Positions 9,605 through 18,780 of a stretch of 64,000 nt of DNA are shown one piece after another. The notes below the pieces were generated by a model that was not told the origin of the DNA, did no database searches, and was given only the letters and a program-made list of their open reading frames with translations. Every line of letters starts with the position of its first letter. Positions within the stretch are counted from its first letter, which is position 1. Source of the stretch: Candidatus Latescibacterota bacterium (GTDB lineage: Bacteria; Latescibacterota; UBA2968; GCA-2709665); contig CAXXJS010000025.1 in the NCBI GenBank assembly GCA_963662665.2, positions 32,001 to 96,000 on the forward strand, given 5' to 3'. A program made the translations under genes and the position numbers.

Positions 9605-11569
9605 TCACGGCCCCGCCGGCACAACGACCTTTATGGACAGGCTCTCCAGGCCCTGCAGGACCAGATCGACGTCCTTCTGTACCGAGGCGGACGGCCGCAC
9701 GCCGCCCCCCTGGCCGGGCGGGCGGCCCTGAGGCGGTCCGAAGGGCATATCGAAGGTCAGCACGGCTTCCAACACGACGTTGTCGTCTGCGCTATTGACC
9801 TCGTTAAAGGTTTCTTCCAGCGTCTGTCGGATAGGGAAACGGCCGAATCCGGGTCCACCACCCGCCGCAAGCTCCGCGGCCGATCCCAGGGCGAGACTGT
9901 AGACACCCGGAGGAAATTCTTCGGGAACGCCGAGCGCGAGTTCAATCTCCCGATCAATCCGGCGTCCCACCCGTAACGACGCGGTAACGGCCAGCGTGTC
10001 TCCGGGACTGATCACCGAATCCGCGTTCACTTCGACGAGCCTGGCGAAACGGGGTTCGGCGATCACCTCTACCTGGACCGCGGCATCCGTCACCTGCACC
10101 GCGTAGTCGTCTCTCGTCATCAACGGGGCGAGCGAGGAGTACACGTCGGAGGTCGCATTCCTGATCAACGAACCGAGCCGTCCTTCCGGCGAGGCGAAGA
10201 GGCGGGTACGTGACAACGTGGAGTCTGTAACGTCAAAGGAAACACTCGCAGTAACACGTATGCTGTGATCCGGGTCCAACTCGACCCGGTTGGAAAGCGG
10301 TCCGAAGAACCCGCGAACGACCAGGTCGACAGACATATCCGGGCTTACGCCGACGGTGGGCATTGTATGCAAGAGCTCAACTTCGCCGCCCGATGGAAAT
10401 GAATACACGCTTCTGATCGGTACCAGTTCCGGTCCTTTGCCCAGAATTCCCCGGACCGCGGGAATGCGGTCTTCTGTGAGCGTGCCGCGTACCGTCGGGT
10501 TCAGCGTCACGAACTTGAACGGCGCCGACAGATTGGAGATTTCTCCAAGCACTTTCGCTTCGATGATAGGCAGGGAAACCGGGCCGGCGTCATCCATTGA
10601 ATGTCCGAAACCGTAAACCCGGTCGCCGTCCACGAAGGAGATGGTCCCGAAACTGCCCAGTGTCAGTTCACCCAGGAGCAAACCGACCGCCAGCGGCCTG
10701 CCTGGCGCGAAGCTGGTCTGGCGCTGCGTGGTCAGACCGGCGGCAACCGCGTCATTCAGGATAGACGGATGCCCTTCCGGATGCAGCTGAACACGGTTGA
10801 GGCCGGTACTCACGAGTGGGATATCCAGGGGTACGATCTGGCTTTCACCCCAGGTTGCCGCGCGTTTGGCCAATGGTACCGTTCCCCTGTCCCCAATGAC
10901 CCATTCGATGGGCGTGGCGAAAAAGTAGTAGGGCGGGCTGTCCTGGGCATTAAAGCCGTAGGCGATCGCGCCCCAGACGCCCTGCGGCGAAAAAATCGGG
11001 GAACCGCTCATGCCCCTGGCAATGCCTCCCAGGGCGACCAGCACGGAATCGGAGGCCTCCACCATGTAGACGGGCATGGGCGGCAGGAAATCGTCGACGA
11101 CCTGGATGAACGTCATCTCCAGGTCGACGAGTTCGCCGTTGTCGAATTCGGTCCGCATGAAAACACGCTTGCCCACGGGCGCCGAACGGACGGATTCGAT
11201 CGGCACGATCCTGGAAAGGTCCCAGGGCAGGAGCATCCCGTATTCAAAGTCCTTCCCGAAGTTTTTAGAAAAGACTACAAAGTCCGAAAACCCGATTTCC
11301 CCGTCGCCATTCAGATCGAACCGGGTTTCGTATCCTTCATCGCCTTCACTACGTCCGAATTTTTCCGCGAACTGCGAAAAGTCGCTGAAACCGACCGTCC
11401 CGTCACCGTCGAAGTCCGGCAGAAACGCCGTGTCCTGGTCATTGGAATTGACGGTGGTACCTTGTAATGTCGTCCCATCTGCAAACGCGTACGAACCCGA
11501 CGCAACGAATACCGCTACTGCAACCAGCGCGAACGTGGTAATTGACACCAAATTATCTCTCGAAATCAT
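9605..11569 (-). CDS. Secreted SpoIVB-like peptidase (S55) with N-terminal dockerin-like paired Ca-binding loops
   Basis: Signal peptide; DFDGDGTVGFSDF...DLNGDGEIGFSDF duplicated loops; GGIARGMSGSPI (S55 Ser motif); FGH. Start is 11569 (ATG) or 11578 (GTG). Confidence 0.85.
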   Translation of the reverse strand: MISRDNLVSITTFALVAVAVFVASGSYAFADGTTLQGTTVNSNDQDTAFLPDFDGDGTVGFSDFSQFAEKFGRSEGDEGYETRFDLNGDGEIGFSDFVVFSKNFGKDFEYGMLLPWDLSRIVPIESVRSAPVGKRVFMRTEFDNGELVDLEMTFIQVVDDFLPPMPVYMVEASDSVLVALGGIARGMSGSPIFSPQGVWGAIAYGFNAQDSPPYYFFATPIEWVIGDRGTVPLAKRAATWGESQIVPLDIPLVSTGLNRVQLHPEGHPSILNDAVAAGLTTQRQTSFAPGRPLAVGLLLGELTLGSFGTISFVDGDRVYGFGHSMDDAGPVSLPIIEAKVLGEISNLSAPFKFVTLNPTVRGTLTEDRIPAVRGILGKGPELVPIRSVYSFPSGGEVELLHTMPTVGVSPDMSVDLVVRGFFGPLSNRVELDPDHSIRVTASVSFDVTDSTLSRTRLFASPEGRLGSLIRNATSDVYSSLAPLMTRDDYAVQVTDAAVQVEVIAEPRFARLVEVNADSVISPGDTLAVTASLRVGRRIDREIELALGVPEEFPPGVYSLALGSAAELAAGGGPGFGRFPIRQTLEETFNEVNSADDNVVLEAVLTFDMPFGPPQGRPPGQGGGVRPSASVQKDVDLVLQGLESLSIKVVVPAGP

Positions 11570-11627
11570 TAAGCACAATCCTCCTCCCGGCGGTTGGTTG
11601 GGGCAAGTACTATTTTCAGTTAAAAAA

Positions 11628-11764
11628 GGAGAGGCGGGGAGACGGAAGACGCAAGACGTGAGAGATTGCCTGCCCTGTGAGGTTTCAGTTCAGACCGGAG
11701 GCACTGAGGAAGAGCATATCGGGCGAGAATTTCTTCTACCGTCTCCCGTCTCACGTCTCCCCTC
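11628..11764. repeat. Imperfect inverted repeat built from 7-bp periodic units
   Basis: Left arm ...GGGGA GACGGAA GACGCAA GACGTGA GAG; right arm CTAC CGTCTCC CGTCTCA CGTCTCC CCTC; about 65 bp between them. Confidence 0.7.
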
Positions 11765-11779
11765 ATTCAGTTTCTTTGC

Positions 11780-13057
11780 TTACGACTTCCTCAGCAGCAC
11801 GATACGGTTGGTATTGGTTCCCTTCTTGCGGTTATCCACGCCCCAGCAGTTCGACGTCTTGGTGAAGACCTGGTCGTTTACCAGGACCATGAGCGGTTCG
11901 AGCCCCGCTTCCGCCGCCGCGGGGACAACGAGCGATTCCAAAAGGATTTTCCCGCTCCGGACTTCCCCGACCTCGAAAGCAACATAGCCCGCGGGTTTGA
12001 GAACTCTCTTGAGTTCAACGAATACGCTCGTCATGGCTGCCTGCCATTCGTGCGGTTTCCTGAAGTGCCACACCTGGACGGATTGCGCGTCGATACCGTT
12101 GAACCAGCACCGCAGCCAGTTGTCCGTCTGGTAGTCCACCACGTCCAGGAACGGTGGCGAGGTGACGACGAGGCTGACGGAATCGCTCTCTATCCCCGGC
12201 GTGTTGTTCGAAGATCCGGTGATTAGCAATGCCTCTTGCGAGGTTTCGCGCATTCTTTCCGCGTCGTCTTCATTCAGCTTGCTGAGGAGTGACCGGGATT
12301 TCTTCATAATCGACAGCCGAACGTCCCGTTCGGGCGGCGTCTGCTTTCGATTCCGGTTGATGCCTCGCTGCCGCTCCACCGTGACGGCCTGGTTCGGTGG
12401 CAGCGTGTAAACCGAAAAGAAACCGGGCGAATGCCCCGTCAGCCGGTTGGTCGCCACCATTCTGATCCACCTGTCGACCGCGTCCAGGCTGCCGTCATCC
12501 TGCTCTGCAAGTAAGTAATCGCGCAGGTTCGTTATCTGCATCAGCGTGTTCGGATGATAGAACGCCAACAGGTCGTCCCGCGTCTCGCAGTCACCTTCGA
12601 GAGGAAGGTCCCTCAGGCGTTGGGAAACGGCGTCAAGAGGGGGAGGGGAGAGCCGCGGCGCCACGAGTATCTCGCTCAGCGGATTGACGTCCGTGCCGAC
12701 GGGCGTACGCCTCAGCAACGCAGCCTCGATGGCAGTCGTCCCGCGGCCCAGAAAGGGATCGTAGACCGCGTCGCCGGGTCGTGTCAGCCGCTCAATGAAA
12801 AACCGCGGCAACTGAGGCTTGAAACACGCACGGTACGAAACCTCGTGGAGCGAGTGGGCCACCCTTTGCCTGGACGTCCAGAACTCGTTGACACAGACCG
12901 GTATATCGAATTCCGGATCCGGGAATTCCAGGACTGCCGTTTCTTTCCGAAAATTGTCAAAGCGCTCGATATCGCAGAGGAACTCTTCATACGACATGGG
13001 CCCTGTTGACGTGTCGGGCTGGTTGAACATCTGTAACTGGCTTGCTGTCACTGACAT
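11780..13057 (-). CDS. Site-specific amino-DNA methyltransferase (probably N4-cytosine; motif I before motif IV)
   Basis: YDPFLGRGTT (SAM-binding motif I) and VVTSPPF (motif IV). SD GGAG sits between the upstream stop and ATG 13057. Confidence 0.9.
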   Translation of the reverse strand: MSVTASQLQMFNQPDTSTGPMSYEEFLCDIERFDNFRKETAVLEFPDPEFDIPVCVNEFWTSRQRVAHSLHEVSYRACFKPQLPRFFIERLTRPGDAVYDPFLGRGTTAIEAALLRRTPVGTDVNPLSEILVAPRLSPPPLDAVSQRLRDLPLEGDCETRDDLLAFYHPNTLMQITNLRDYLLAEQDDGSLDAVDRWIRMVATNRLTGHSPGFFSVYTLPPNQAVTVERQRGINRNRKQTPPERDVRLSIMKKSRSLLSKLNEDDAERMRETSQEALLITGSSNNTPGIESDSVSLVVTSPPFLDVVDYQTDNWLRCWFNGIDAQSVQVWHFRKPHEWQAAMTSVFVELKRVLKPAGYVAFEVGEVRSGKILLESLVVPAAAEAGLEPLMVLVNDQVFTKTSNCWGVDNRKKGTNTNRIVLLRKS

Positions 13058-13061
13058 TCTC

Positions 13062-13793
13062 CTACAAATCTATGCCGCCGCACTGTTGGACCACGCTCCC
13101 AAAGTGTGAAGTGAACTTACGCAAGTTCAACTCCGACACCTCTCCAATTCCTCTGGTAACGGCGCGGGCGATGTCTTTTCCTTCGCTGTTAAGGTTTGCC
13201 CAGATGCAATCGCAAAGACGCTGTACCTCAGCCTCACTGGGGTTCGAATTAGGACCCAGCGTAAACTCCGGGATGGGCTGTGGGCATACAACGACAAAGG
13301 GATCCGCAGCAACATAATTTGTCATCCCCAGTAGGTCAAGCGCCCAACCAAAGGGAGCGAGCATTAGATGCGGCCAGATCGCGAAAACGACATATGCTAT
13401 CAGAGCGACGGTGGAATACATAAACGTGCCAGAGACGATTCCTCGTTCTTCCTTGAGAGATTCGCTCGACTGTCGTTCCTTGTGGCTCAGCCAACCGATG
13501 AGCGCCGTACACCACGTGAAACCATTAATAAAATACATCCAATCCCAGGTTACTTCCGGCTTGATGGTGTATTTGTAAGTCAAGGCAACGATGAAGGCTG
13601 ACCAAAGTCCCCAGAAATAGATTTGGTAAAGTCCGGCCAATCCTACGATCGGTAACGACAGGGCTTTGGGCACTCTCTCCGACTTCGAGAATAGCGAAAG
13701 GGGAGATAAGAGTCCCATCACGCCGAGAGAAAAAATGAAAAGAGCCGGAAAACTCGCAGCGAGTAGAAGAAGATTGTAGGTTGCGAGGTTCAT
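13062..13793 (-). CDS. Hypothetical membrane protein (about 4 TM helices + C-terminal 4-Cys domain)
   Basis: 243-aa ORF with hydrophobic segments, then C...CDC...C. Stop is 4 bp from the MTase start. Confidence 0.65.
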   Translation of the reverse strand: MNLATYNLLLLAASFPALFIFSLGVMGLLSPLSLFSKSERVPKALSLPIVGLAGLYQIYFWGLWSAFIVALTYKYTIKPEVTWDWMYFINGFTWCTALIGWLSHKERQSSESLKEERGIVSGTFMYSTVALIAYVVFAIWPHLMLAPFGWALDLLGMTNYVAADPFVVVCPQPIPEFTLGPNSNPSEAEVQRLCDCIWANLNSEGKDIARAVTRGIGEVSELNLRKFTSHFGSVVQQCGGIDL

Positions 13794-14094
13794 TTCGTAC
13801 GCCCGCTTTTTATCTCTATATGTGTAACTCGTTGCAGAGCAGTGACTAATGCAACTTGCGTTTCTGTCGTAGGAGAAAAATGCTACAGCGTGAGAGCTAC
13901 CATAATCAGATGTGATTCAACGACTTGGCCATAATTGAACACACGATGCGAAGATCAAGGCGTAGTATGACACGGAAACACAGCCGCCGCCGCACATATA
14001 CGACCGCCCTACGGAAGTGGAAATCATGGCCAGAGTCTGTGCGAGTACTTTCAACTCGCCTGATTGAGCCAATCCAAGTACTCAGGGACATTGG

Positions 14095-15108
14095 CTATCG
14101 TTGATCGATGACTTTTCGTATTTCAGTCGCGCTTTCCTCATCTATTGAGAACATCGTTCCACGAAAACTATAGTTCCGGCCTGATATTGACTTTATCTCG
14201 GCTGCGGGTAGCGGCGGGTCGACTAGCCGAAATCTCTTCAACGTCATAAAATACTCTTCGTCCGCATACTTCTGGTTACCCTGATAGGGTGCCTTCTCAC
14301 GCGTTCCCGAGGCGTCTCCGCATGCGACAATGCCGACTCCAGACTGATAGAGAAAGACCATATCCCCTGGAGAGAGCTGATCGATCTTGCGCTTCCAGGG
14401 TGAAAAGTACGCCGCGGCTTTCTGGAGACGTAACATTTCGTCGTGATCTGTAGGGTTATTCCTATAGTTCGTGTTCAGGATAAAGTACTTCGATGCGACA
14501 TCCTCATATGGATTGTCTATGGTCGAGAAACGAGACATCTCAAGTAGGAATGAGTCGTTTGAGTCTGGTTTTGGATCTGAATAGATCCGATAGACCCATG
14601 CGCGAATGTCCAGTCCGCGTGAACGCCAATACCGAACTGCCTCTCTTGTCTTAAGATCCAGGCCGTTAGTGACAACGACGAACACTTGCTTGTTGTTGAA
14701 CCGCTCCCTTTGTAGCGACGGCTCAATACCGAAAACACACCTGTGGACTTCTTCCAACGAGCGACCCTGATCATCAAACTTGGTAAAGAGATTGTTCAAT
14801 TTTTCGTAACTGTATTGACCGAATTTCTGACCATATCGCAATGCTTGGAGGATATTTTCTGACCGTGCCTCCCAAACCTTTAGCTCGAAAATGAATAGGC
14901 GTCCTTTTTCGTCCAGAGCTATAATATCGGGTTCTTCCTGCCAATTTCGTGATTGTGCTATGGTCAGAAGCTCCTCATCCGGTAAGAAACGCTCTATATT
15001 GTCGAATAAAATGGCTTGAAAGTCGCGCTCTGAGATTCCATAGTCTCTCAGTTGGCGACCCTCGACACGAAGAACACTTCGTGTGCTGGTTTCGACGCGA
15101 AAAAGCAT
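14095..15108 (-). CDS. PD-(D/E)XK (NucS/Mrr-like) endonuclease fused to a C-terminal EVE/PUA-like domain
   Basis: SERDFQ..., EPDIIALDEKGRLFIFELK, QALRY (nuclease motifs); YFILNTN...LSPGDMVFLYQSGVGIVACG...PLPAAEIK...FSIDEESATEI (EVE-like). SD AGGAG. Confidence 0.75.
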   Translation of the reverse strand: MLFRVETSTRSVLRVEGRQLRDYGISERDFQAILFDNIERFLPDEELLTIAQSRNWQEEPDIIALDEKGRLFIFELKVWEARSENILQALRYGQKFGQYSYEKLNNLFTKFDDQGRSLEEVHRCVFGIEPSLQRERFNNKQVFVVVTNGLDLKTREAVRYWRSRGLDIRAWVYRIYSDPKPDSNDSFLLEMSRFSTIDNPYEDVASKYFILNTNYRNNPTDHDEMLRLQKAAAYFSPWKRKIDQLSPGDMVFLYQSGVGIVACGDASGTREKAPYQGNQKYADEEYFMTLKRFRLVDPPLPAAEIKSISGRNYSFRGTMFSIDEESATEIRKVIDQR

Positions 15109-15567
15109 TTAGCGTTCTTCTCCTGAGATATTGTCAAATGAGTTTGGCGGCGCAGAGCGCATTCAGTGTGCTGACCGCCTGCGACCAGATGGAGACTATG
15201 CCCTCTGTCTTCCGCGGGATCACACACGGAAAAAACTCCCGATGAATTCCCGGATCTGTGTGCAACTGCTTAGGTGACCTTATAGTTTCAGCTGGACAGC
15301 TTAACGCCTGAGCGCCGGGCACAAATCACAGCGACTCCCTTACCAACCGGGAGTCCGTGTCCAAGCGCGTCCGGTCCTCACGGTCGAAGTACATGAAACG
15401 GCAACTTCCATCGTCCTAAGAGGCAGCACGCTGCCAGGCGTTAAGGGGGGAGAGTTTCTTGCGGTTGATCATACGGAAGAAGTGCGCCACAAACAGCGTA
15501 TGTTCGATTGCGAGGGAGATGAGGCCCGTATTGAGGTAGCACTGAGCGCTTCCGGAATGTGTCAACG

Positions 15568-15606
15568 AAAACAGGGAAATGGGCCGTGATTGCTTCCCAT
15601 CCCTGT
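15568..15606 (-). terminator. Possible intrinsic terminator downstream of darG
   Basis: Minus strand ACAGGGATGGG...CCCATTTCCCTGT followed by TTTC; the U tract is short. Confidence 0.35.
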
Positions 15607-15708
15607 ATCCTCCTACATTGTCACACGACTCCGAAAATGCTCATAACGACCCGATAATTTGCTGCATTTATTCAGGCAGGGCCTCGTGGCGGGCTTCCGC
15701 TTCAGTGG

Positions 15709-16770
15709 TCATGGGGAATCCGGCAGATTCGGACGCTCAATCCAGCCTTTCTCCGACAAGACATCAAATGCGATCCTGATTTGGCGGCGTGAGAACTGTC
15801 TCTTCCTCGCCCCCCAGGCGTAAGTGTGTCTTACGACGTCCTCGAAAGTCTCCGCATTTTCCCGGTGAATGACCCAGTGAACTGTAGAGAGTAACTCCAG
15901 CCCCAGCGGCGACTCGAATCCTTCAACCAGATCGGCAACCTCGTTAAACCGCTCGTTCGTTTTCGGCTGACTCTCAAGAAACGCCGTCGCATCCTCGATT
16001 GCACCGGGCACAAGATCAAGTTGTTTATTTGGTTTTTCATCGCCATCGGCAAATCCCGATATGAAGTGTCCTTCAATTCTTTGTAGGACGTGCCGCAAAT
16101 TGTCCGCATAAGGTCCATAAGTTGCCTTTTTGTATTTTAGTCTCAGGCGCTCACCGGACTCCTGCATAAAGTACATAAGCTTATGCACTTCCAGCAGTGT
16201 CACGAACGGATCAAGCAGGCCCTGAAAGTATCGGTATGTCAAGCCGACTAACGCGGCTCGCCCCGCCGTCATTGCCGGGATGTCGGTGCAATGGTTGATG
16301 CGCTTGTCCACAGGCCCGCCGCCCGGCTCGAATATGACGATCTTGACGTCTTCAAAATCCTCCAGGACCGCTTGCATACGGGCACGCACGTCCCGCCAGT
16401 TCAATCCGCCGAGCCCACTGCCGAGTGGAGGAATCGCAATCGAGCGGATGCCAAGCGACCTGATTTCCTCGACGAGCGATACCAGGCCGGATTCAACGTC
16501 CTCAATGCGGCTCTTGCCTCTCCAGTGCCGCTTTGTTGGGAAATTGATTATGTAGCGCGGCGGCAGCATCCCGCCTGTCTCGAAAACGAACACACGCCCC
16601 GGTTGCATCTCATGCCGCTTGCACCGGGCCGCGTACGCCTTGAAGTTTTCGGGGAAGGCGCGTTTAAACTGGAGCGCGATGCCACGCCCCATGACGCCGA
16701 CGCAGTTTACGGTGTTGACCAGAGCTTCGGCTTGTTCGGCGAGGATGTCGCCGGTTTTGAATTCGATCAT
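15709..16770 (-). CDS. darG: DarG antitoxin, macrodomain DNA ADP-ribosyl glycohydrolase
   Basis: GDIL...ALVNTVNCVGVMGRGIALQFK, INFPTKRHW, SIAIPPLGSGLGGL; C-terminal KLMYFMQ...YGPY...GLELLSTVHW; directly downstream of darT. Confidence 0.95.
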   Translation of the reverse strand: MIEFKTGDILAEQAEALVNTVNCVGVMGRGIALQFKRAFPENFKAYAARCKRHEMQPGRVFVFETGGMLPPRYIINFPTKRHWRGKSRIEDVESGLVSLVEEIRSLGIRSIAIPPLGSGLGGLNWRDVRARMQAVLEDFEDVKIVIFEPGGGPVDKRINHCTDIPAMTAGRAALVGLTYRYFQGLLDPFVTLLEVHKLMYFMQESGERLRLKYKKATYGPYADNLRHVLQRIEGHFISGFADGDEKPNKQLDLVPGAIEDATAFLESQPKTNERFNEVADLVEGFESPLGLELLSTVHWVIHRENAETFEDVVRHTYAWGARKRQFSRRQIRIAFDVLSEKGWIERPNLPDSP

Positions 16771-16788
16771 GCCTGTTTTCCTCTGTTC

Positions 16789-17427
16789 TCAGTAATACCA
16801 CTCCGGCTTGACTTCGATAACGGGTTTGTGCGCGGCGTCTGCAAGGGCCGCGACGGCCTGTTTGTAGACCCGTTGCGATAACACGCCAATACGCGATATC
16901 TGTTCCCAGGGAAACGAGTGCTCCACCAGAAACTCAGCTTGTTTGAGTTCCATGCAATCCGTCCATTTCGCAGCTTGCACCGCTTTCCAGTCAATCTTGT
17001 CCAGTAGGGCGAGATCGGAATAATCCTCAAAGAATCGAGATCCTGCATTTGAAGTGGTAAATGCCCAACGCCGTTTCTTCTGACTCAACCGAACAATAGT
17101 CTGCCGCAGATTCGCCTCCAGGTGAACAATGGCGCCCTGGCCGCCTCGATAGGACAACTCCACGTGGTTCGCCCTATAGATCACGTAAAGCATAACGGAG
17201 CGTGGACAGAAATAAAACGGCACGCAGTCACCGACGAAGAGATTGAAGTGGCTGTCAAGGGGCAACTTCAATCGCCGTTCCTTGATCTTGTTCATGCCAA
17301 TCACAGTTCCACCCGGTGGACGCTTCGCAATTTTCGCGTCACATAAGAGACCGTTGTCCGCGATGAGCGACGGTAGACGGTCTACGTGGACAATGTGATA
17401 AATATTCAGTTCTTCGGGAACCGGCAT
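16789..17427 (-). CDS. darT: DarT toxin (DUF4433), ssDNA ADP-ribosyltransferase
   Basis: IYHIVHVDRL, VPFYFCPRSVMLY, FTTSNA, KQAEFLV (catalytic Glu), WYY end. Start re-assigned to ATG 17427. Confidence 0.95.
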   Translation of the reverse strand: MPVPEELNIYHIVHVDRLPSLIADNGLLCDAKIAKRPPGGTVIGMNKIKERRLKLPLDSHFNLFVGDCVPFYFCPRSVMLYVIYRANHVELSYRGGQGAIVHLEANLRQTIVRLSQKKRRWAFTTSNAGSRFFEDYSDLALLDKIDWKAVQAAKWTDCMELKQAEFLVEHSFPWEQISRIGVLSQRVYKQAVAALADAAHKPVIEVKPEWYY

Positions 17428-17635
17428 GGTCAATCTTCTATGGGCGTGACCGCCTGCCCACGACGCTGTCAATGACCCGCTGTAAAGGCGACGGTGTGAC
17501 CCGGAAATTTGGGGGTCTCGGACAGCGCTTCCATTTAGGATTTATGATTTTTTGGCCTCGTTTGCAAGGGTGATTTTACCTGGCGTATGTCGAGGTCGTG
17601 TTGCACGATAGTTGTAGATGTCGATCAGGATGTCG

Positions 17636-18670
17636 CTACTCCCTCTCCGATACCTGACGGCGGCGGCGGCGCGCCAGTTCCCTCATGTCCGTAACCGTAT
17701 CGGACTCATCCACGATCTCCCGCCCCAGAATTTCCTCCAGGACGTCTTCCAACGTCAGTATCCCGGCCAGTCCGCCATATTCGTCGATTACAGCGAAGAG
17801 GTGCTGCTTGCGTTCCAGAAACATCTCGAGAACGCGGTCCAGCGAGACCTGCTCTGAGACAAAGTGAACCGGCTGCATCAGTTCCGAAATGGGCGTTTGC
17901 CCCCGCCCGTCGGTCAGAGCGTTGAATGCATCCCGGCGCATCACAACGCCAATCACATCCTCGAATTCATTCTCGTAAACGGGAACCCGGCTGTACGGCC
18001 AGACGCCGGCCTCTCTCTGGGCCTGCTCGACGGTCAGATCGGCGCTCAACGCGAATACGACCGTTCGCGGCGTCATCACGTCCTTCGCGGTCTTGCGTTT
18101 CAGCGAAAGGATATTCTGCATCACGCGGGCTTCATGCGGCTCTATGGCGCCGGTCCTCCTGCCCATGCGCGCCATGGAGGCAATTTCTTCCTCCGAAACT
18201 TCGTGGGTTGTCCCACCCTTTGAGAATGCCCGTGTCACAAGCCGGCAGGTCACCACGAACGGGTACATGATCCAGACAAGGAATCGCAGGGGAATCGCGA
18301 TCGGTCCCGCCAAGGAACGACTGTGGACCACGCCGATGGTCTTCGGAACGACCTCGGAAAGGAGCAGGACCGAAAGTGTGATAAATATCGTAAAATAGTG
18401 TTCCCACTGTGCCCCGAACACTTTAATGAACGCCGTACCCGCAAGGAACGCCCCGCCAGTATTGGCAATCGTGTTCAGAGAAAGAATCGCCGAGATGGGA
18501 CGGTCCACCTTGCGCATACGCAGGTCTTTCAGAATACGGCCCGAGACAGTACCCTTCTGCGCAAGGCTCTCGACGTAGCTCACCGGAACGGCGTAAAGAA
18601 CCGCCTCTGCGAGAGAACAAGTCGCGGAAACGAATATCACGGTGCAAACCGCAATAATGAGTTCGATCAA
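17636..18670 (-). CDS. CNNM/DUF21 + CBS-pair protein (hemolysin/CorC family)
   Basis: CSLAEAVL, SEVVPKTIG, DVMTPRTVV, YSRVPVY, DEYGGLAGILTLEDVLEEILG. TTG start after GGAGGT. Confidence 0.93.
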   Translation of the reverse strand: MIELIIAVCTVIFVSATCSLAEAVLYAVPVSYVESLAQKGTVSGRILKDLRMRKVDRPISAILSLNTIANTGGAFLAGTAFIKVFGAQWEHYFTIFITLSVLLLSEVVPKTIGVVHSRSLAGPIAIPLRFLVWIMYPFVVTCRLVTRAFSKGGTTHEVSEEEIASMARMGRRTGAIEPHEARVMQNILSLKRKTAKDVMTPRTVVFALSADLTVEQAQREAGVWPYSRVPVYENEFEDVIGVVMRRDAFNALTDGRGQTPISELMQPVHFVSEQVSLDRVLEMFLERKQHLFAVIDEYGGLAGILTLEDVLEEILGREIVDESDTVTDMRELARRRRRQVSERE

Positions 18671-18780
18671 GTCTGTTTACCTCCCGTACCGAACGAAAAA
18701 GTCGTGAGTTTATGGTGAATAACACGTTGCCGCATTTCGGTCGCCAGGTCCCATGGATCGCGGTACCACAGAATACAAAG

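Noticed and set aside
11780-15108. Classical type II restriction-modification pair
   Set aside because: The MTase and nuclease are separated by another gene and a 300-bp gap, and the nuclease carries a modified-base-reader-like domain.
11600-17640. Integrative element or prophage boundaries around the defence islet
   Set aside because: No integrase, transposase, tRNA or flanking direct repeat could be found by eye.
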